This document shows, piece by piece, positions 23,634 to 34,463 of a stretch of 64,000 nt of DNA. The stretch covers positions 2,272-66,271 of the forward strand of contig JAGPDT010000006.1 in assembly GCA_018057455.1 (NCBI GenBank), given 5' to 3'. Positions within the stretch are counted from its first letter, which is position 1. Each line of letters starts with the position of its first letter. Source of the DNA: Flavobacteriales bacterium (GTDB taxonomy: Bacteria > Bacteroidota > Bacteroidia > Flavobacteriales_F > PHOS-HE28). The notes below the pieces were generated by a model, which searched no databases, was not told the origin of the DNA, and saw nothing but the letters and a program-made list of their open reading frames with translations. Both the position numbers and the translations under genes were made by a program.

Positions 23634-24905
23634 ATGAACTCAACCAACGGATACTTGGACATGGACCTGCTCCGCTTTACCACGGCGGGCAGCGTGGACG
23701 ATGGCAAAAGCACGCTGATCGGGCGATTGCTCTATGACAGCCGTTCGATCTTCGACGACCAGCTGGAAGCCGTGGAAAAGGCCAGCTCCAAACGCGGCAC
23801 CGGCGAGGTGGACCTGAGCCTGCTCACCGACGGCCTGCGCGCAGAGCGCGAACAGGGCATCACCATCGATGTGGCCTACCGCTACTTCGCCACGCCCCGG
23901 CGCAAATTCATCATCGCCGACACCCCGGGCCACATCCAGTACACCCGCAACATGGTCACCGGTGCCAGCACGGCCAACCTGGCGATCATCCTCGTGGACG
24001 CCCGCAAAGGGATCCAGGAGCAGACCAACCGCCATGCCTTCATCGCCTCCCTGCTGGGCATCCCCCACATCGTGTTCTGCATCAACAAGATGGACCTGGT
24101 GGACTACGACGAGGCCGTCTTCAAGGACATCCAGCACCAACTGGAGGACTTCAGCAGCAAGCTGGACGTCCGCGACCTGAACTTCATCCCCATCAGCGCA
24201 CTCAAAGGCGACAACGTGGTGCACCGCAGCAGCCGCATGGACTGGTACCAGGGCAGCACCCTGATGTACATGCTGGAGAACATCCATATCTCAGGCGACC
24301 GCAACCACATCGACCGGCGACTGGCGGTGCAGCATGTGATCCGGCCCATGACCGACGAATGGCATGACTACCGCGGCTTTGCGGGCCAGATCAACGCGGG
24401 CATCTTCCGTACCGGCGACACCGTGCAGGTGTTGCCCAGCGGCTTCCAGAGCGTGATCAAATCCATCCACCTGGGGGAACATGAAGTGAACGAAGCGTTC
24501 GCCCCGCAAAGCGTCACCGTGACCCTGCAGGACGAGATCGACATCAGCCGTGGCGACATGATCGTGGGCCCCAACAACCTGCCCCACAGCAGCCAGGACG
24601 TGGACGTGATGCTCTGCTGGCTGAACGAACGACCCTTGCAGCCCAACGGCAAGTACGTGGTGAAGCACACCAGCCGCGATGCCCGCTGCATGGTGAAGGA
24701 GGTGGCCTACAAGATGGACATCAACACCCTGCGCAAGTTCCCGGAGGACAACAAGGCCATTGGCATGAACGACATTGGCCGGGTGCATTTGCGCACCACC
24801 GTGCCGTTGCACTTCGACGCGTACAGCCGCAACCGCTTCACCGGAAGCCTGATCTTGGTGGACGAGGCCACCAACGAGACCGTGGCGGCCGGCATGATCG
24901 TCTAG
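23634..24905 (+). CDS. cysN: sulfate adenylyltransferase subunit 1 (GTPase)
   Basis: Contains LRFTTAGSVDDGKSTLIGRLL, EREQGITIDVAYRYF, DTPGHIQYTRNM and INKMDL (G1-G4 boxes). There is no fused APS-kinase domain. Confidence 0.9.
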   Translation: MNSTNGYLDMDLLRFTTAGSVDDGKSTLIGRLLYDSRSIFDDQLEAVEKASSKRGTGEVDLSLLTDGLRAEREQGITIDVAYRYFATPRRKFIIADTPGHIQYTRNMVTGASTANLAIILVDARKGIQEQTNRHAFIASLLGIPHIVFCINKMDLVDYDEAVFKDIQHQLEDFSSKLDVRDLNFIPISALKGDNVVHRSSRMDWYQGSTLMYMLENIHISGDRNHIDRRLAVQHVIRPMTDEWHDYRGFAGQINAGIFRTGDTVQVLPSGFQSVIKSIHLGEHEVNEAFAPQSVTVTLQDEIDISRGDMIVGPNNLPHSSQDVDVMLCWLNERPLQPNGKYVVKHTSRDARCMVKEVAYKMDINTLRKFPEDNKAIGMNDIGRVHLRTTVPLHFDAYSRNRFTGSLILVDEATNETVAAGMIV

Positions 24906-25300
24906 GTCGACCCACGCCGGTGGCGCCAGCGCAGCCAAGCGTACCCGGCAACGGCCCCGGCCGCATCGGCCAGCAGGTCCAGCACGTCGCCGTGCCGCCC
25001 CTGCCCCATCCACTGCTGCACCACTTCGATCACCGCACCATAGACCCCCGCGGCCAACATCGCCCAGGCGAACAGGACCGGCGGGGGTTCTTGCGGTCGG
25101 AGATTGGCCAGGGCCAGGCCTAACAACAAGCCTTGCACCCCGAAGAGAAAGGCGTGCACGAACTTGTCCAAGTGGATGACATCCGCCCAGGTCCAGCGCG
25201 GCACATCGCTCACGGGCATCAAGGTGAGCACCAGGATGAGCACCGCCCACAGCACCGCCCAAAGGGCCGCATGCCGCACGATAAAGCCGGGAATGGGCAC
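24902..25300 (-). CDS. VanZ-like membrane protein
   Basis: 132 aa with four hydrophobic segments and DKFVHAFLFG, a VanZ-family signature. GTG start, 3 nt after the gcvH stop. Confidence 0.65.
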   Translation of the reverse strand: MPIPGFIVRHAALWAVLWAVLILVLTLMPVSDVPRWTWADVIHLDKFVHAFLFGVQGLLLGLALANLRPQEPPPVLFAWAMLAAGVYGAVIEVVQQWMGQGRHGDVLDLLADAAGAVAGYAWLRWRHRRGST

Positions 25301-25303
25301 CGC

Positions 25304-25681
25304 TCAGGCGATGGTCGCCCCGTACTCGTCGGCCGTAAGCAGGGTGTCCAGCTGCTTGGCATCGGCCATCTGCACGCGCACCAGCCAGCCCGCACCATAA
25401 GGGTCCTTGTTCACGGCCGAGGGGTCGTCGGCCAGGGCGGGGTTCACCTCCAGCACCTTGCCTGCCACGGGCATGAACAGGTCGCTCACCGTCTTGACGG
25501 CCTCAATGGTGCCGAACACCGCTTCCTGCGCCACGTCCTCACCCTGGGTATTGATATCCACGAACACGATGTCACCAAGCTCGCTCTGGGCGTGGTCCGT
25601 AATGCCGATCACGGCCACTTGGCCCTCCACGCGGACCCATTCATGGTCCTTGCTGTATTTCAGTTCCGCCGGGATGTTCAT
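25304..25681 (-). CDS. gcvH: glycine cleavage system protein H
   Basis: 125 aa. Contains [24 protein letters not shown] and [21 protein letters not shown] (lipoyl-Lys motif). Confidence 0.9.
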   Translation of the reverse strand: MNIPAELKYSKDHEWVRVEGQVAVIGITDHAQSELGDIVFVDINTQGEDVAQEAVFGTIEAVKTVSDLFMPVAGKVLEVNPALADDPSAVNKDPYGAGWLVRVQMADAKQLDTLLTADEYGATIA

Positions 25682-25731
25682 TGCTGTTCCTGGATTGTGT
25701 GTTGGATGATGGTGCGCCGCAAAGATGCTGT

Positions 25732-28700
25732 TTATTGGGTCAATGTGAAGCGCAGGCTGATGCCGAGGTTGGTGTTGGCGCTGGGGAAGGAGGTGCTGAT
25801 CACCGGCTTGTTGATCACGCGCTCATAGAAGGCCCGCAGGTTCAGCCGCTGGTCGATCACGTAGTCCGCGCTGGTCTTCACCGAGATGATGTCCTGGCCG
25901 GCCGTTACCTGGTTCTGGCCTTCCTCCATCTTGCGGATCACCGTGTTGTTCTGGCGCCAGCTCAGGTCCACCCGCAGGTTCAGGTCGCTTTGCGGGGTCT
26001 TGCCGCCCAGCTGGAAGGGGAACTTCACGTTCTTGAACCGGTATCCGCTGCCGATCACATACTCCTTGCCGCGCACCTCGGTGACCTGGTAGTTGGTAAG
26101 GCCCAGGCTCAGGTTGCGGTCGCGGTTGTACTCGAACTTGGCGATCAGGCTGTTCTGCAGGGTGGCATCGAAGGTGATGAAGGGATGCATCACCTCGGAG
26201 ATGGTGACGGTCTGGATCTGGCGCTCGGGCAGGAAGTTGCCGCCCACGTCCAGCACGCTGCCGCCGGGCTCGTACAGCAAGTTGGTCTGGTAGCCACCGA
26301 TGTTGAAGGTGCTGCGGTAGCTGTGCTTCACCATGAAAGTGCGGAACAGTTTCTTGAAGAGGTCGATCTTGGTGAGCCCGTCGTAGGTGATGTCCCAGTT
26401 GGGCAAGGGTATCAGCTTGAAGGGATTGAGCTCCACCTTGTCCGCGCTCTTGCCGCTGTACGCCGCGAGGAAGGCGGGGATCACCACGTCCTGGTTCAGT
26501 GCGCCGTAGCCGCTCCAGTAGCTGCTGTCGGTGGGGGTGCTGCGCGGGTCCGCTTGTCCGAGGCGCTGGCTGATCACCTCACGGGCTTCCAGCATGTGCA
26601 GGAAGATGGTGTTCACGAAGTTCTCATCATCGCGGCTGAAGGCCGTGGCCCAGTTGATGGTGCTCACGCTGAAGTTGCCGAAATCCTGCGGGCTGTCGCT
26701 CACGTAGCGGCCCTCGGCCTCGTTCCAGCGGAAGAAGGAACTGCGGTTCTCGCTCCGGGTGCGCGTGGCCATCAGTTCGATCCGCATGCTCTTGAACGGC
26801 TCCAGGGATACGCGCCCGTTGATGGTCTCGGTGCGCGTGTTGGTATACGGGTTGAAGATGCTGGGGGTGCGCACCAGCCAATCGTTCCCGGCGGCTTCAC
26901 TGGCGAAGTCGCGTACATAGTTCCCGCTCAGGTCCTGGTTCTGCTCGCCGAGGATAAAGCCGAAGCCCGGCGCGCCGAAGCCCGGTGCCATGCCGATGGC
27001 GTTGCTGCCCATGCGCCAGCCCGGCAGCAGGATGCCGTTGGTCTGGCTGTAGGTGACCGTGCCCGTGCGAATGGTCATCAGCAGCCGCGCCAGCCCTTCG
27101 AAGGGATTGAACTTGGCACCTGTGGTTTCGGGCTGCTTGGGCTTCTCGGCCTGGTTCGCATCCTGGCCGGGCCGGCGGTTCGTGGGCGGGCGGGACCCGG
27201 CGCGGGCCTTGTCGTTGATCTTCTTGAAATACTTCACCTTGTTGTACAGGCTCACGAAGTTGAACTGGCCGCTGAGGTTGATGTTGCGCGAGTTCTGGAT
27301 GGTGTTGCCGATGCTGTCCTGGGTGAGCGGTGCACGGTCCCACTTGTAGCCCGCGCCATAGGTCACCGAGGAGGTGATCCAATCCGTGAGCGGCAGCTTG
27401 TCCAGCGGGAGGGTGTAGGTGACGTTCACCATGTGGTCGTAGGTGGTGGTCTCCCCGAAGTGCTTCATGCTGGTGAGCACGCTGTCCTTCCAGATGGCGT
27501 ACTGGTCGCGGTCATCGGTGTTGACGCGCCCGGCCGGCTCCCCGATGATCGAGTTGTTGTTGGCATTGAAATCCACCTTCAGGCTCTTGGTGAGCTCGTA
27601 CCGGAACCCGTATTGGTTGGTCCAGTTGAAGGTCTTGTTGTAGGTGGGCGCCGGGGGCAGGCTCTGGATGTCCGGGTTGGGCCGGATGAGCCGCTCCAGG
27701 TAGCTGCGGTCGATGGCCGTGCGGGCGGTGATCTGCTTGAAGCCGAAGTTGAAGTTGAAGTCCTTCACCAGGCGCAGCCACTTGGTCTTTCCCAGGAAGG
27801 CCACGTTCTCGAAGGGCTTCACCGGGCGTGGCTTCGGGTTGTGCTGGTAGGTGAGCCCGCCGCGGTAGGTGCGGGTGTTCTCGTACTGGGTGTTCACATC
27901 GTGGAACTCCTGGTCGCTGTATGCATAGGACAAGCCGAAGTTGGACACGTCGAAGAAGTACTCCCTGTCCTTGCCGGGAGCCCGTTCCTTGCGCACGTTG
28001 GTGAGGTTGATGCTGCGGCGGCGGGTGTAGGTGCGCAGTTCCTTCAGGCGTTGCTTCTTCTCCTCCCGTGTGAGGGCCCGGGTGGCGTCCTCCCACTCGA
28101 TGTCCGGGTTCAGGGGGTCGTACTGCGGGTTGATGATCTGTTCGGAGTAGCCCAGGTACATGGGCACTTTCACCCCGGTCTTCTCGGGCAGGAATTTGCT
28201 CATCTCCAAGTTGGCGCTCACGTCGATGCCGTAGCGGGTGTCGCGCTGGCGTTCGCTCACCTTCTTGTCGATGCCGCCCCAACCGGGGGTGCTGTAGTTG
28301 CCCGCCACGCTCAGCGTGCCCAGGTCGGCCAAGGAGGTGTTCACGCGGGCAATGGCGGCCCACCCGCCGCGCTGGTCGAAGTCGGTGAGGCGCAATTCGT
28401 TCACCCAGACTTCCACGCACTTGGCGCTGCCGTCATCGTTGGCCCATGGATTGGCCTGGTCGCCGTCGCGCTTGGGGTTCCTGATGCCGATCATGATGGT
28501 GTTCATCTGGCTCAGGTTGGGGTTGCCCACCACGGTGATGCGCCGGTCGCCCTCCATGGTGGAGAAGCGCTGGTTCATGGGGAAGCCCTGCTGGTTGCGC
28601 AGGATCTTCACATCGTTGAGCCGGGCGAACTCCACCACCATGTTGTTGGCCTCGGGCCACACGTTGTAGGGGTCGCTGTTGAAGTAGGCCGAGGGCACGG

Positions 28701-31700
28701 CAGGCACCTCGTATTCGTAGTAGTTCTGTTCGTAGTCGTTGCCCAGGCGGATGAACACGCTCACATCGCCGTAGGCCACCGGGCGTTCCGCGTCGCCGGA
28801 TTCAGCATGCACGTACATGCGCAGCTTCTTGTAGCTGCGGATATCGAAGTTCACGTTGCGGAAGGCCGCGCGGGCATCGCCGTCGCGCAGGCCGCAGGTG
28901 CTCAGTTCCAGGGATTGCTCGTTGAGGTTGCGCAGGTTGGCGCTGGCGATGTCCGTTTCCTGGTTGATGCCCGGGGGCAGCACGTAGTTCACGGGCACCC
29001 GGTTGCCGTTCTCCTCGATGTTCACCGCGGCCACGTCGAAGGTGGTCTGGTCCGGGTCGCCGCCGATGACTTCGCCGGGCGCTTCCAGGCTCTGGGTGTA
29101 CTTGCGCCATTCACCGCGCACGAAATCCAGGCGGGCGAAACGCATCACCAGGGGTTGCGACCAACCTTTGACGAACAGGCGCATGAAACGGATGGAGCGG
29201 AAGTCCTGGATGCCGTTGACGGCCTTCTCGGGCTGCCGTACCGGCACTTTGAACTGGTACCAGTACACCTCTTTGCCGCTGGGGGTGCGGCCCAGCACCC
29301 GGTCGGTGATGAACCCACGGCCCACCACCATTTCCGACGGGCGCAGGTTGATGCGGTACTGGAAGTAGGATTCGCTTTCGCTGAGGTTCTGGTCCTGGTT
29401 CACGTCTTCGGAAGTGGGCAGTGTGGTGGCCTGGATGGGGTAGTCCTCCGGGCTGTCCTCGTCGGTGATGGAGTTGCCCTCCAGGCCGTTGAATCGTTTG
29501 TAGCGGTCCAGGATGCTGCGTGCGGGGCTGTCGTAGTCGCTGCCGCGGAAATAGTGGTAGTCATCGGCCGAGGGGTCGCTCTGCCAGCGCGCCCGGGCGC
29601 CCGGGCTCAGCGCGTTGAGGTAGCCGGAGAAGAAGGCCTGTTCGTTCAATCCCGCTTGGAAGGCGTTGGCATCGCTGTTGGCCAAGCCGTCCATGCCCAC
29701 GTCCTGGTAGCGGTAGGTGTTCTGTTCGGTGATGGCGAAGGCGTTCACCACGCTCTGGGTGGTGGGCACCACGCCCCAGTTGGTCTGGTCGATGGTGGCG
29801 GCCTGGTCGCTGGGGTTCTTGGGCAGGCCGTTCTCGAAGCTCTTGCGGCCATCGCGCAGCGCATCCTCGCTGAGGTTGCCCAGGTTGATGTACAGGTCGC
29901 CGCCGGTGGTGTTCTGCGAATCCTCGTTGCTGGCGGGCTCCCCTTCGGCGTTGCTCACCGCCGTGTTGAAGGGGTCCATCAACCAGAACTGCACCGTTTC
30001 GATGTTGCTGGCCTCGAAATCGGTGGTGGTGATGCGCCGCTGGATCCCCGCCCAGCTCCCCTCGGGGTCCTGCAGGTTGCCGTTGTCGTCCAGGTTGGTC
30101 ACGTAGTTGTACGGCCCGCGCTCGCCGGGGTAGTAGGCCAGGTCCAGCACGGGGATGTTGCTGGGCGTGCCGGTGGCCAGCTGGCGGTTGGGGAACACCT
30201 CCTTCTCGAGCACTTCGCGTGAGCGGTTGTCCGTGTCGGACCCGTCGGGCAAGGGCGGCTTGAGGCTGTTGTTGTTGAAGAAGAGCGGGTCCACCACGTA
30301 CCAGGCGAGCAGCGCGCGCTTGAAGCCCGTGGCCAGCTCATCAATGAACTCGCCCTCGGGGAAGAGGTCGCCTGTCTGCCCTTGCGGGGTGGACGCCAGG
30401 AACCACTGGCTCTGGGTGCGCATGTCGATGTTGCTCACGCTGCCCTCAAAGTCGTCGATGTAGCTGGTGCCGCCCTTGCCGATGGCCTTGCTGTGGCCGG
30501 GGATCAGGTACGCCGCCTCGGCATTGGCGTCCATGGTGCTGGTCTCCTTGGTGGCGTACAGGGGCAGTTTGTCCAGCAGGCGGGTGATCAGCCCGCTCTC
30601 CTTCTTCCAGCTGCCGTCCAGGCCCAGGATGGTGTTGGCGATGGGTTCGTCGCCCACGTTCACTTTCTGGGTGAGCGGGCGCTCGTAGAGGTTCATCACG
30701 GTGCCGCCCAGGAGGAGGTCCTTGTTCACCTTGTAGTCGAAGCGGGCCCCGGCCAGGGTCTTGGTCTGTATGCTGAAGAGCGTGTTGCTCTCCAGGCTCA
30801 CGTTGATGGGGGTGCCGCTTTCGAGGATGCCCTGGTTGAGGATCTTCACCCGGCCCAGGTTGTAATCCACGGTGTAGTCCTGGTTCTCCACCAGGCGGAC
30901 CCCACCGGCGGTGACGCTCACCGATCCCTGGGGGATGTTCACGGAGTTGAGGCTGATCACGTCGCTGCTGGCGCTCTTGAAGCTGCCCTTCAGCTTGAAG
31001 CGGTTCAGTTCGGGCAGGTTCTCGGCGGCGGTCTTGGTGCTGTCGTAGAGCTGTTGGAACACGATGTTCTGGCGTACCAGCGTGTCTTGCACGGGCTGGC
31101 TTGGGTTGGGCCCGATGAGCTGCCGGTTGAGGTAGCTGCCGAAGGGCTCCAGCACGGGGAAGAAGATGCGCCCGTTCTGCGCGTTGACGGTGCCGCCGGT
31201 GGTGGCCGCGTTGTCCACCCAGTCGAACCAGCCGTCGGGGTTGGGCGCGCTCTGCATGTCCAGCCGGTCCAGTCCCAAGGCTTGCAGCAGGGGCTTCTGA
31301 TCGATGGGCGGGCGGGGGATGTAGTTGAGGTCCACGCCCGTGGTGGGGTTGTTGTAGAGCAGTTCCAGGCGGAAGTCCTGCGGGTTCACCTGGAAGGCGC
31401 CCAGGGAGTACACGTTCTTCATCATCAGGTCCCACAGCGGTTGCCGCGGGTCGGTGATGGTGCTCTTGAGCAGGCGCACCATGAGGGCGTTGGGCGGGGC
31501 CACCCCGTCGGTGCTGAATTCGCCCACTTGGAAGGTTTGCCCCTGGTAGGTGTACTGGTAGGCCACGGCCAACACTTCGTCGTTGTTCAGGTTCTGGTTC
31601 AGGCCGATGAAGCCCAGGCGTTCGTTGAGGGTGTATTCGCTGGGCAGCAGCAGGCGCGCGCTCTCCAGCTTCTCATAGTTCTTGCTGGCCTGCATGCCCA

Positions 31701-32979
31701 TCACCTGCAGGGCCGCCCCGGCCGAGGTGAAGGAGCGGATGCCGGCGTTGTTGGCCGTGCTGTTGTACAGGTTGTTGGCCTGGTTGCCCGGCAGGTTGCC
31801 CGCACCGTCCACCAGCACCCCTGCATTCACCAGGTTGGCGCTCACGCGGTTGCCCGCCACGCTGGCCGCGCTGGCATCCTCGCCCAGGTCGGTGAAGGCC
31901 ACGATGTTGCGGTTGTTCGTGTAGTCGCTGCGGGTGTTGGTCACCCACACTTCCACCTTGGTCACCTGGATGCCGCTGTTCACCGTGGGCAGGGTGCGCA
32001 GGGCGTTCTCGTAGTTGTCGCGGAAGAAGTGGCTGAGGAAGTAGTACTTGTTGGCTTCGTACTGGTCCGCCTTGATCTCGAAGTTGGTGGTCTGGGCCCC
32101 GCCGGCCACGGCGATGTTCTTGCGCTGGCCCTTTTCCTGGGTGAAGATGATCGTGGAGGTGAGCCGCCCGAAGCGCAGTTCGGTCTTCAGGCCGAAGAGG
32201 CTCTGGCTGCCTTGGATCAGTTGGCCGGTGAGTGGCAGGCTCACATTGCCCGCTTCCAGCTTCTGGATGATGTCGTCTTCGTCGCCGGCGAAGTTGAGCT
32301 TCACCTGGTTCTCGAAGTCGAAGGTGGCCTCGGTGTTGTAGCTGGTGTTGATCTTCAGCTTGGTGCCGATGTTGCCCACCAGGTTGAGCTGGATCTTCTG
32401 GTCGAAGTTGAAGGTGGTGATCTTGCGCTGGTCCACCGGGATCCGCGGGTTGTCGGTCTTGCTGGTGTTGAGCCCGAAGGTGACCTCGGCGCTGCCCTGC
32501 GGGCGGATGTCGATGTTGCAGCCGCCGAAGATCCGGCAGAAGGCCTCGCTGCGCACCTGGATGCTGGGGATCAATCCCTTGGCGGCCCGTTCGGTCTCCT
32601 CCTGGTTCTTCTCCAGCCAGTAGGTCTTCATGGACCGCTCCATGTCGTAGTTCATGTACTCTTCCAGCGACATGCTCTGCGGCGGGCGGAAGTCGATGTT
32701 TTCGCCCATGCGGCTGCGCAGGATGTACTGCCCGGTGGCCGGGTCGTAGAGCACATCGTTGGTGACGTTGCCCGGGGTGCCCAGGTCGATGGTGCCGGTG
32801 TTCCCGTCGCCGGTGGCGGGCGGGTCGGTGATGGGGTACTGCAGGTCGATCTGCGGGCTGTCCACCTGCATCACGGGGGCCAAGGCCCCGAAGGCAAGCG
32901 CCCCATGGGCCCCGGCGATCAGCAGCAACCACAAGGCCAAGGTGCGCAACAGGAAACGGTAAGGCGCGGGGTAGTTCAT
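25732..32979 (-). CDS. sprA: SprA, giant outer-membrane T9SS translocon / gliding-motility protein
   Basis: 2415-aa ORF with a signal peptide and a huge beta-rich sequence. The ruvA-sprA-gcvH neighbourhood is characteristic of Bacteroidota. Size and composition fit SprA/Sov. Confidence 0.9.
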   Translation of the reverse strand: MNYPAPYRFLLRTLALWLLLIAGAHGALAFGALAPVMQVDSPQIDLQYPITDPPATGDGNTGTIDLGTPGNVTNDVLYDPATGQYILRSRMGENIDFRPPQSMSLEEYMNYDMERSMKTYWLEKNQEETERAAKGLIPSIQVRSEAFCRIFGGCNIDIRPQGSAEVTFGLNTSKTDNPRIPVDQRKITTFNFDQKIQLNLVGNIGTKLKINTSYNTEATFDFENQVKLNFAGDEDDIIQKLEAGNVSLPLTGQLIQGSQSLFGLKTELRFGRLTSTIIFTQEKGQRKNIAVAGGAQTTNFEIKADQYEANKYYFLSHFFRDNYENALRTLPTVNSGIQVTKVEVWVTNTRSDYTNNRNIVAFTDLGEDASAASVAGNRVSANLVNAGVLVDGAGNLPGNQANNLYNSTANNAGIRSFTSAGAALQVMGMQASKNYEKLESARLLLPSEYTLNERLGFIGLNQNLNNDEVLAVAYQYTYQGQTFQVGEFSTDGVAPPNALMVRLLKSTITDPRQPLWDLMMKNVYSLGAFQVNPQDFRLELLYNNPTTGVDLNYIPRPPIDQKPLLQALGLDRLDMQSAPNPDGWFDWVDNAATTGGTVNAQNGRIFFPVLEPFGSYLNRQLIGPNPSQPVQDTLVRQNIVFQQLYDSTKTAAENLPELNRFKLKGSFKSASSDVISLNSVNIPQGSVSVTAGGVRLVENQDYTVDYNLGRVKILNQGILESGTPINVSLESNTLFSIQTKTLAGARFDYKVNKDLLLGGTVMNLYERPLTQKVNVGDEPIANTILGLDGSWKKESGLITRLLDKLPLYATKETSTMDANAEAAYLIPGHSKAIGKGGTSYIDDFEGSVSNIDMRTQSQWFLASTPQGQTGDLFPEGEFIDELATGFKRALLAWYVVDPLFFNNNSLKPPLPDGSDTDNRSREVLEKEVFPNRQLATGTPSNIPVLDLAYYPGERGPYNYVTNLDDNGNLQDPEGSWAGIQRRITTTDFEASNIETVQFWLMDPFNTAVSNAEGEPASNEDSQNTTGGDLYINLGNLSEDALRDGRKSFENGLPKNPSDQAATIDQTNWGVVPTTQSVVNAFAITEQNTYRYQDVGMDGLANSDANAFQAGLNEQAFFSGYLNALSPGARARWQSDPSADDYHYFRGSDYDSPARSILDRYKRFNGLEGNSITDEDSPEDYPIQATTLPTSEDVNQDQNLSESESYFQYRINLRPSEMVVGRGFITDRVLGRTPSGKEVYWYQFKVPVRQPEKAVNGIQDFRSIRFMRLFVKGWSQPLVMRFARLDFVRGEWRKYTQSLEAPGEVIGGDPDQTTFDVAAVNIEENGNRVPVNYVLPPGINQETDIASANLRNLNEQSLELSTCGLRDGDARAAFRNVNFDIRSYKKLRMYVHAESGDAERPVAYGDVSVFIRLGNDYEQNYYEYEVPAVPSAYFNSDPYNVWPEANNMVVEFARLNDVKILRNQQGFPMNQRFSTMEGDRRITVVGNPNLSQMNTIMIGIRNPKRDGDQANPWANDDGSAKCVEVWVNELRLTDFDQRGGWAAIARVNTSLADLGTLSVAGNYSTPGWGGIDKKVSERQRDTRYGIDVSANLEMSKFLPEKTGVKVPMYLGYSEQIINPQYDPLNPDIEWEDATRALTREEKKQRLKELRTYTRRRSINLTNVRKERAPGKDREYFFDVSNFGLSYAYSDQEFHDVNTQYENTRTYRGGLTYQHNPKPRPVKPFENVAFLGKTKWLRLVKDFNFNFGFKQITARTAIDRSYLERLIRPNPDIQSLPPAPTYNKTFNWTNQYGFRYELTKSLKVDFNANNNSIIGEPAGRVNTDDRDQYAIWKDSVLTSMKHFGETTTYDHMVNVTYTLPLDKLPLTDWITSSVTYGAGYKWDRAPLTQDSIGNTIQNSRNINLSGQFNFVSLYNKVKYFKKINDKARAGSRPPTNRRPGQDANQAEKPKQPETTGAKFNPFEGLARLLMTIRTGTVTYSQTNGILLPGWRMGSNAIGMAPGFGAPGFGFILGEQNQDLSGNYVRDFASEAAGNDWLVRTPSIFNPYTNTRTETINGRVSLEPFKSMRIELMATRTRSENRSSFFRWNEAEGRYVSDSPQDFGNFSVSTINWATAFSRDDENFVNTIFLHMLEAREVISQRLGQADPRSTPTDSSYWSGYGALNQDVVIPAFLAAYSGKSADKVELNPFKLIPLPNWDITYDGLTKIDLFKKLFRTFMVKHSYRSTFNIGGYQTNLLYEPGGSVLDVGGNFLPERQIQTVTISEVMHPFITFDATLQNSLIAKFEYNRDRNLSLGLTNYQVTEVRGKEYVIGSGYRFKNVKFPFQLGGKTPQSDLNLRVDLSWRQNNTVIRKMEEGQNQVTAGQDIISVKTSADYVIDQRLNLRAFYERVINKPVISTSFPSANTNLGISLRFTLTQ

Positions 32980-32998
32980 CGCGGGGGCTGCAACAAGG

Positions 32999-33610
32999 TC
33001 AACCGTTCTTCAGGGTCAGGCGGATCAATTCCTCCACGCCCGGGAGGTCGTCCTTGTGTTCGTTCATCACCCGCTGCAATCCCCGCTCGGCCTTGGCCCG
33101 GTCCAGCCCCAGGGAGATCAAGGCCGATAACGCCTCGGCCTTCGCCGTAGTATTTCCACCGGCGCCCATGGGCAGGCGTTTTTCAATGGGGTCGTCCACC
33201 AGCTTGGTGCGCAGCTCCTGCACAATGCGTTGCGCCAGTTTGGGGCCGATGCCTTTCACCGCCTTCAGCACGCCCTCATCGCCGAGCATGATCGCCGCGC
33301 GCAGGTCGCCCGCCGGCCGCGCCCCCAGGATGGCCATGCCGATGGTGGCGCTCACGCCCTGCACATTGATCAGCTGGCGGAACAACCGCCGCTCCTCCAC
33401 TTCCAGAAACCCGTAGAGCTTGTGCTCGCTCCCCCCGCTGCGCACATCCACGCTTACCGCGTAGTGCACATGCAGGCGGCAGGCACCCTGCCCGGGCAAC
33501 CGGGCATACAGATCCGGGGTGATGTGTACCAGGTAGCCTACACCACCGCACTCCACCACCACGTGGGTGGGAGTGCGCTCCACAAGTTCGCCGCGAAGGC
33601 TTTCAATCAT
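32999..33610 (-). CDS. ruvA: Holliday junction DNA helicase subunit RuvA
   Basis: Contains MIESLRGEL...VVECGGVGY, LINVQGVSATIGMAIL and KGIGPKLAQRIVQEL (HhH motifs). Confidence 0.9.
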   Translation of the reverse strand: MIESLRGELVERTPTHVVVECGGVGYLVHITPDLYARLPGQGACRLHVHYAVSVDVRSGGSEHKLYGFLEVEERRLFRQLINVQGVSATIGMAILGARPAGDLRAAIMLGDEGVLKAVKGIGPKLAQRIVQELRTKLVDDPIEKRLPMGAGGNTTAKAEALSALISLGLDRAKAERGLQRVMNEHKDDLPGVEELIRLTLKNG

Positions 33611-33755
33611 TCAGGTCCGCCCACCCGGTTTGGGTTGCAGTGGGCACGGGGTACACGTGGGTCGATGCAACAAGGGGTTGATGAAAAAGGGCTGCAAAAT
33701 AAGCGGAACCGCCGAACTGCCTGCGCCGGTGCCAGCGACCACCGGGCCCGCCCTG

Positions 33756-33763
33756 CATCTTTG
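33756..33763 (+). promoter_or_regulatory. candidate -7 box (CATCTTTG, 7/8) abutting the Sir2 start codon
   Basis: catctttg is followed by 4 nt and then the ATG at 33768, which would give an essentially leaderless mRNA. Confidence 0.3.
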
Positions 33764-33767
33764 CCCC

Positions 33768-34463
33768 ATGCGCATCGTTTTCCTTACCGGGGCCGGCATC
33801 AGCGCCGAAAGCGGCCTGGCCACCTTCCGCGACAGTGGCGGTCTGTGGGAACAGTACCGCATCGAGGACATGGCCACGCCCGAGGCCTTCGCCCACAACC
33901 CGGCACTGGTGCTGCACTTCTACAATTTGCGCCGGGCACAGGTGCTGCAGGCCGCGCCCAATGCCGCCCATAGGGCCATTGCCGCCTTGGAGGCGGTGGC
34001 CGAGGTGCAAGTGGTGACCCAGAACGTGGACGACCTGCATGAACGCGCCGGCAGCACCAGGGTGCTGCACCTCCACGGGGAGATCCTCAAGGCGCGCAGC
34101 ACCGCCGACCCTTCGGTGGTGCTGCCCTGGAACCGGCCGGAGCTCAACTTGGGCGACCGGTGCCCCTTGGGTGCCCAGCTGCGCCCGCACATCGTCTGGT
34201 TCGGCGAGCAGGTGCCCCTGCTGGAGGAAGCCGCCGGGCGCGTGGCCATGGCCGACGTGCTGGTGGTGGTGGGCACTTCCCTGCAGGTATGGCCTGCGGC
34301 GGGCCTGTTGAAGGCCGCACCCGCAAGCGCATGCATCCACGTGGTGGATCCGCAGGCGGTTGGATCACCGTTGGCCGGCCGCACCGCCGTACGCCATTGG
34401 AAAGAAAAAGCCAGTATGGGCGTACCCATGCTGGCCGATCTGTTGCGGAAGGAATTGGACTAG
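33768..34463 (+). CDS. Sir2-family NAD-dependent protein deacylase
   Basis: From the ATG at 33768: MRIVFLTGAGISAESGLATFRDSGGLWE, VVTQNVDDLHERAGS, LHLHGE, LRPHIVWFGE and VVVGTS. The track start at 33567 is an extension. Confidence 0.85.
   Translation: MRIVFLTGAGISAESGLATFRDSGGLWEQYRIEDMATPEAFAHNPALVLHFYNLRRAQVLQAAPNAAHRAIAALEAVAEVQVVTQNVDDLHERAGSTRVLHLHGEILKARSTADPSVVLPWNRPELNLGDRCPLGAQLRPHIVWFGEQVPLLEEAAGRVAMADVLVVVGTSLQVWPAAGLLKAAPASACIHVVDPQAVGSPLAGRTAVRHWKEKASMGVPMLADLLRKELD

Noticed and set aside
24902-24905. Convergent gene pairs share a palindromic CTAG as overlapping stop codons: cysN/vanZ-like at 24902-24905, and the Sir2/T9SS-protein pair at 34460-34463.
   Set aside because: The observation is real, with TAG read on both strands, but it is most simply a consequence of compact gene packing. 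Two occurrences are not enough to argue for function. It does mean that neither pair has room for an intergenic terminator.
25681-33150. Very long plus-strand ORFs (25681-30222, 1513 aa; 30382-33150, 922 aa) antisense to sprA.
   Set aside because: These are typical GC-rich antisense artefacts. The translations are low-complexity Ala/Gly/Val/His/Asp/Leu strings with no recognisable motif, whereas the minus strand encodes an uninterrupted 2415-aa SprA with a signal peptide. The same reasoning rejects:
- 19487-21952 (minus strand, antisense to the MBOAT gene)
- 50453-53764 (plus strand, antisense to actB)
- 56680-58332 and 58794-60662 (plus strand, antisense to infB and nusA)
- 61653-63152 (plus strand, antisense to the oxidase)
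- the many 60-400-aa shadow ORFs in the track
33768-34463. The Sir2-family deacylase lacks the four Zn-ribbon cysteines (only a single Cys, in GDRCPLG).
   Set aside because: From memory, short bacterial Sir2 homologs of this type, including Bacteroidota ones, commonly lack the Cys4 zinc site. I cannot verify this here, so I do not treat it as unusual.
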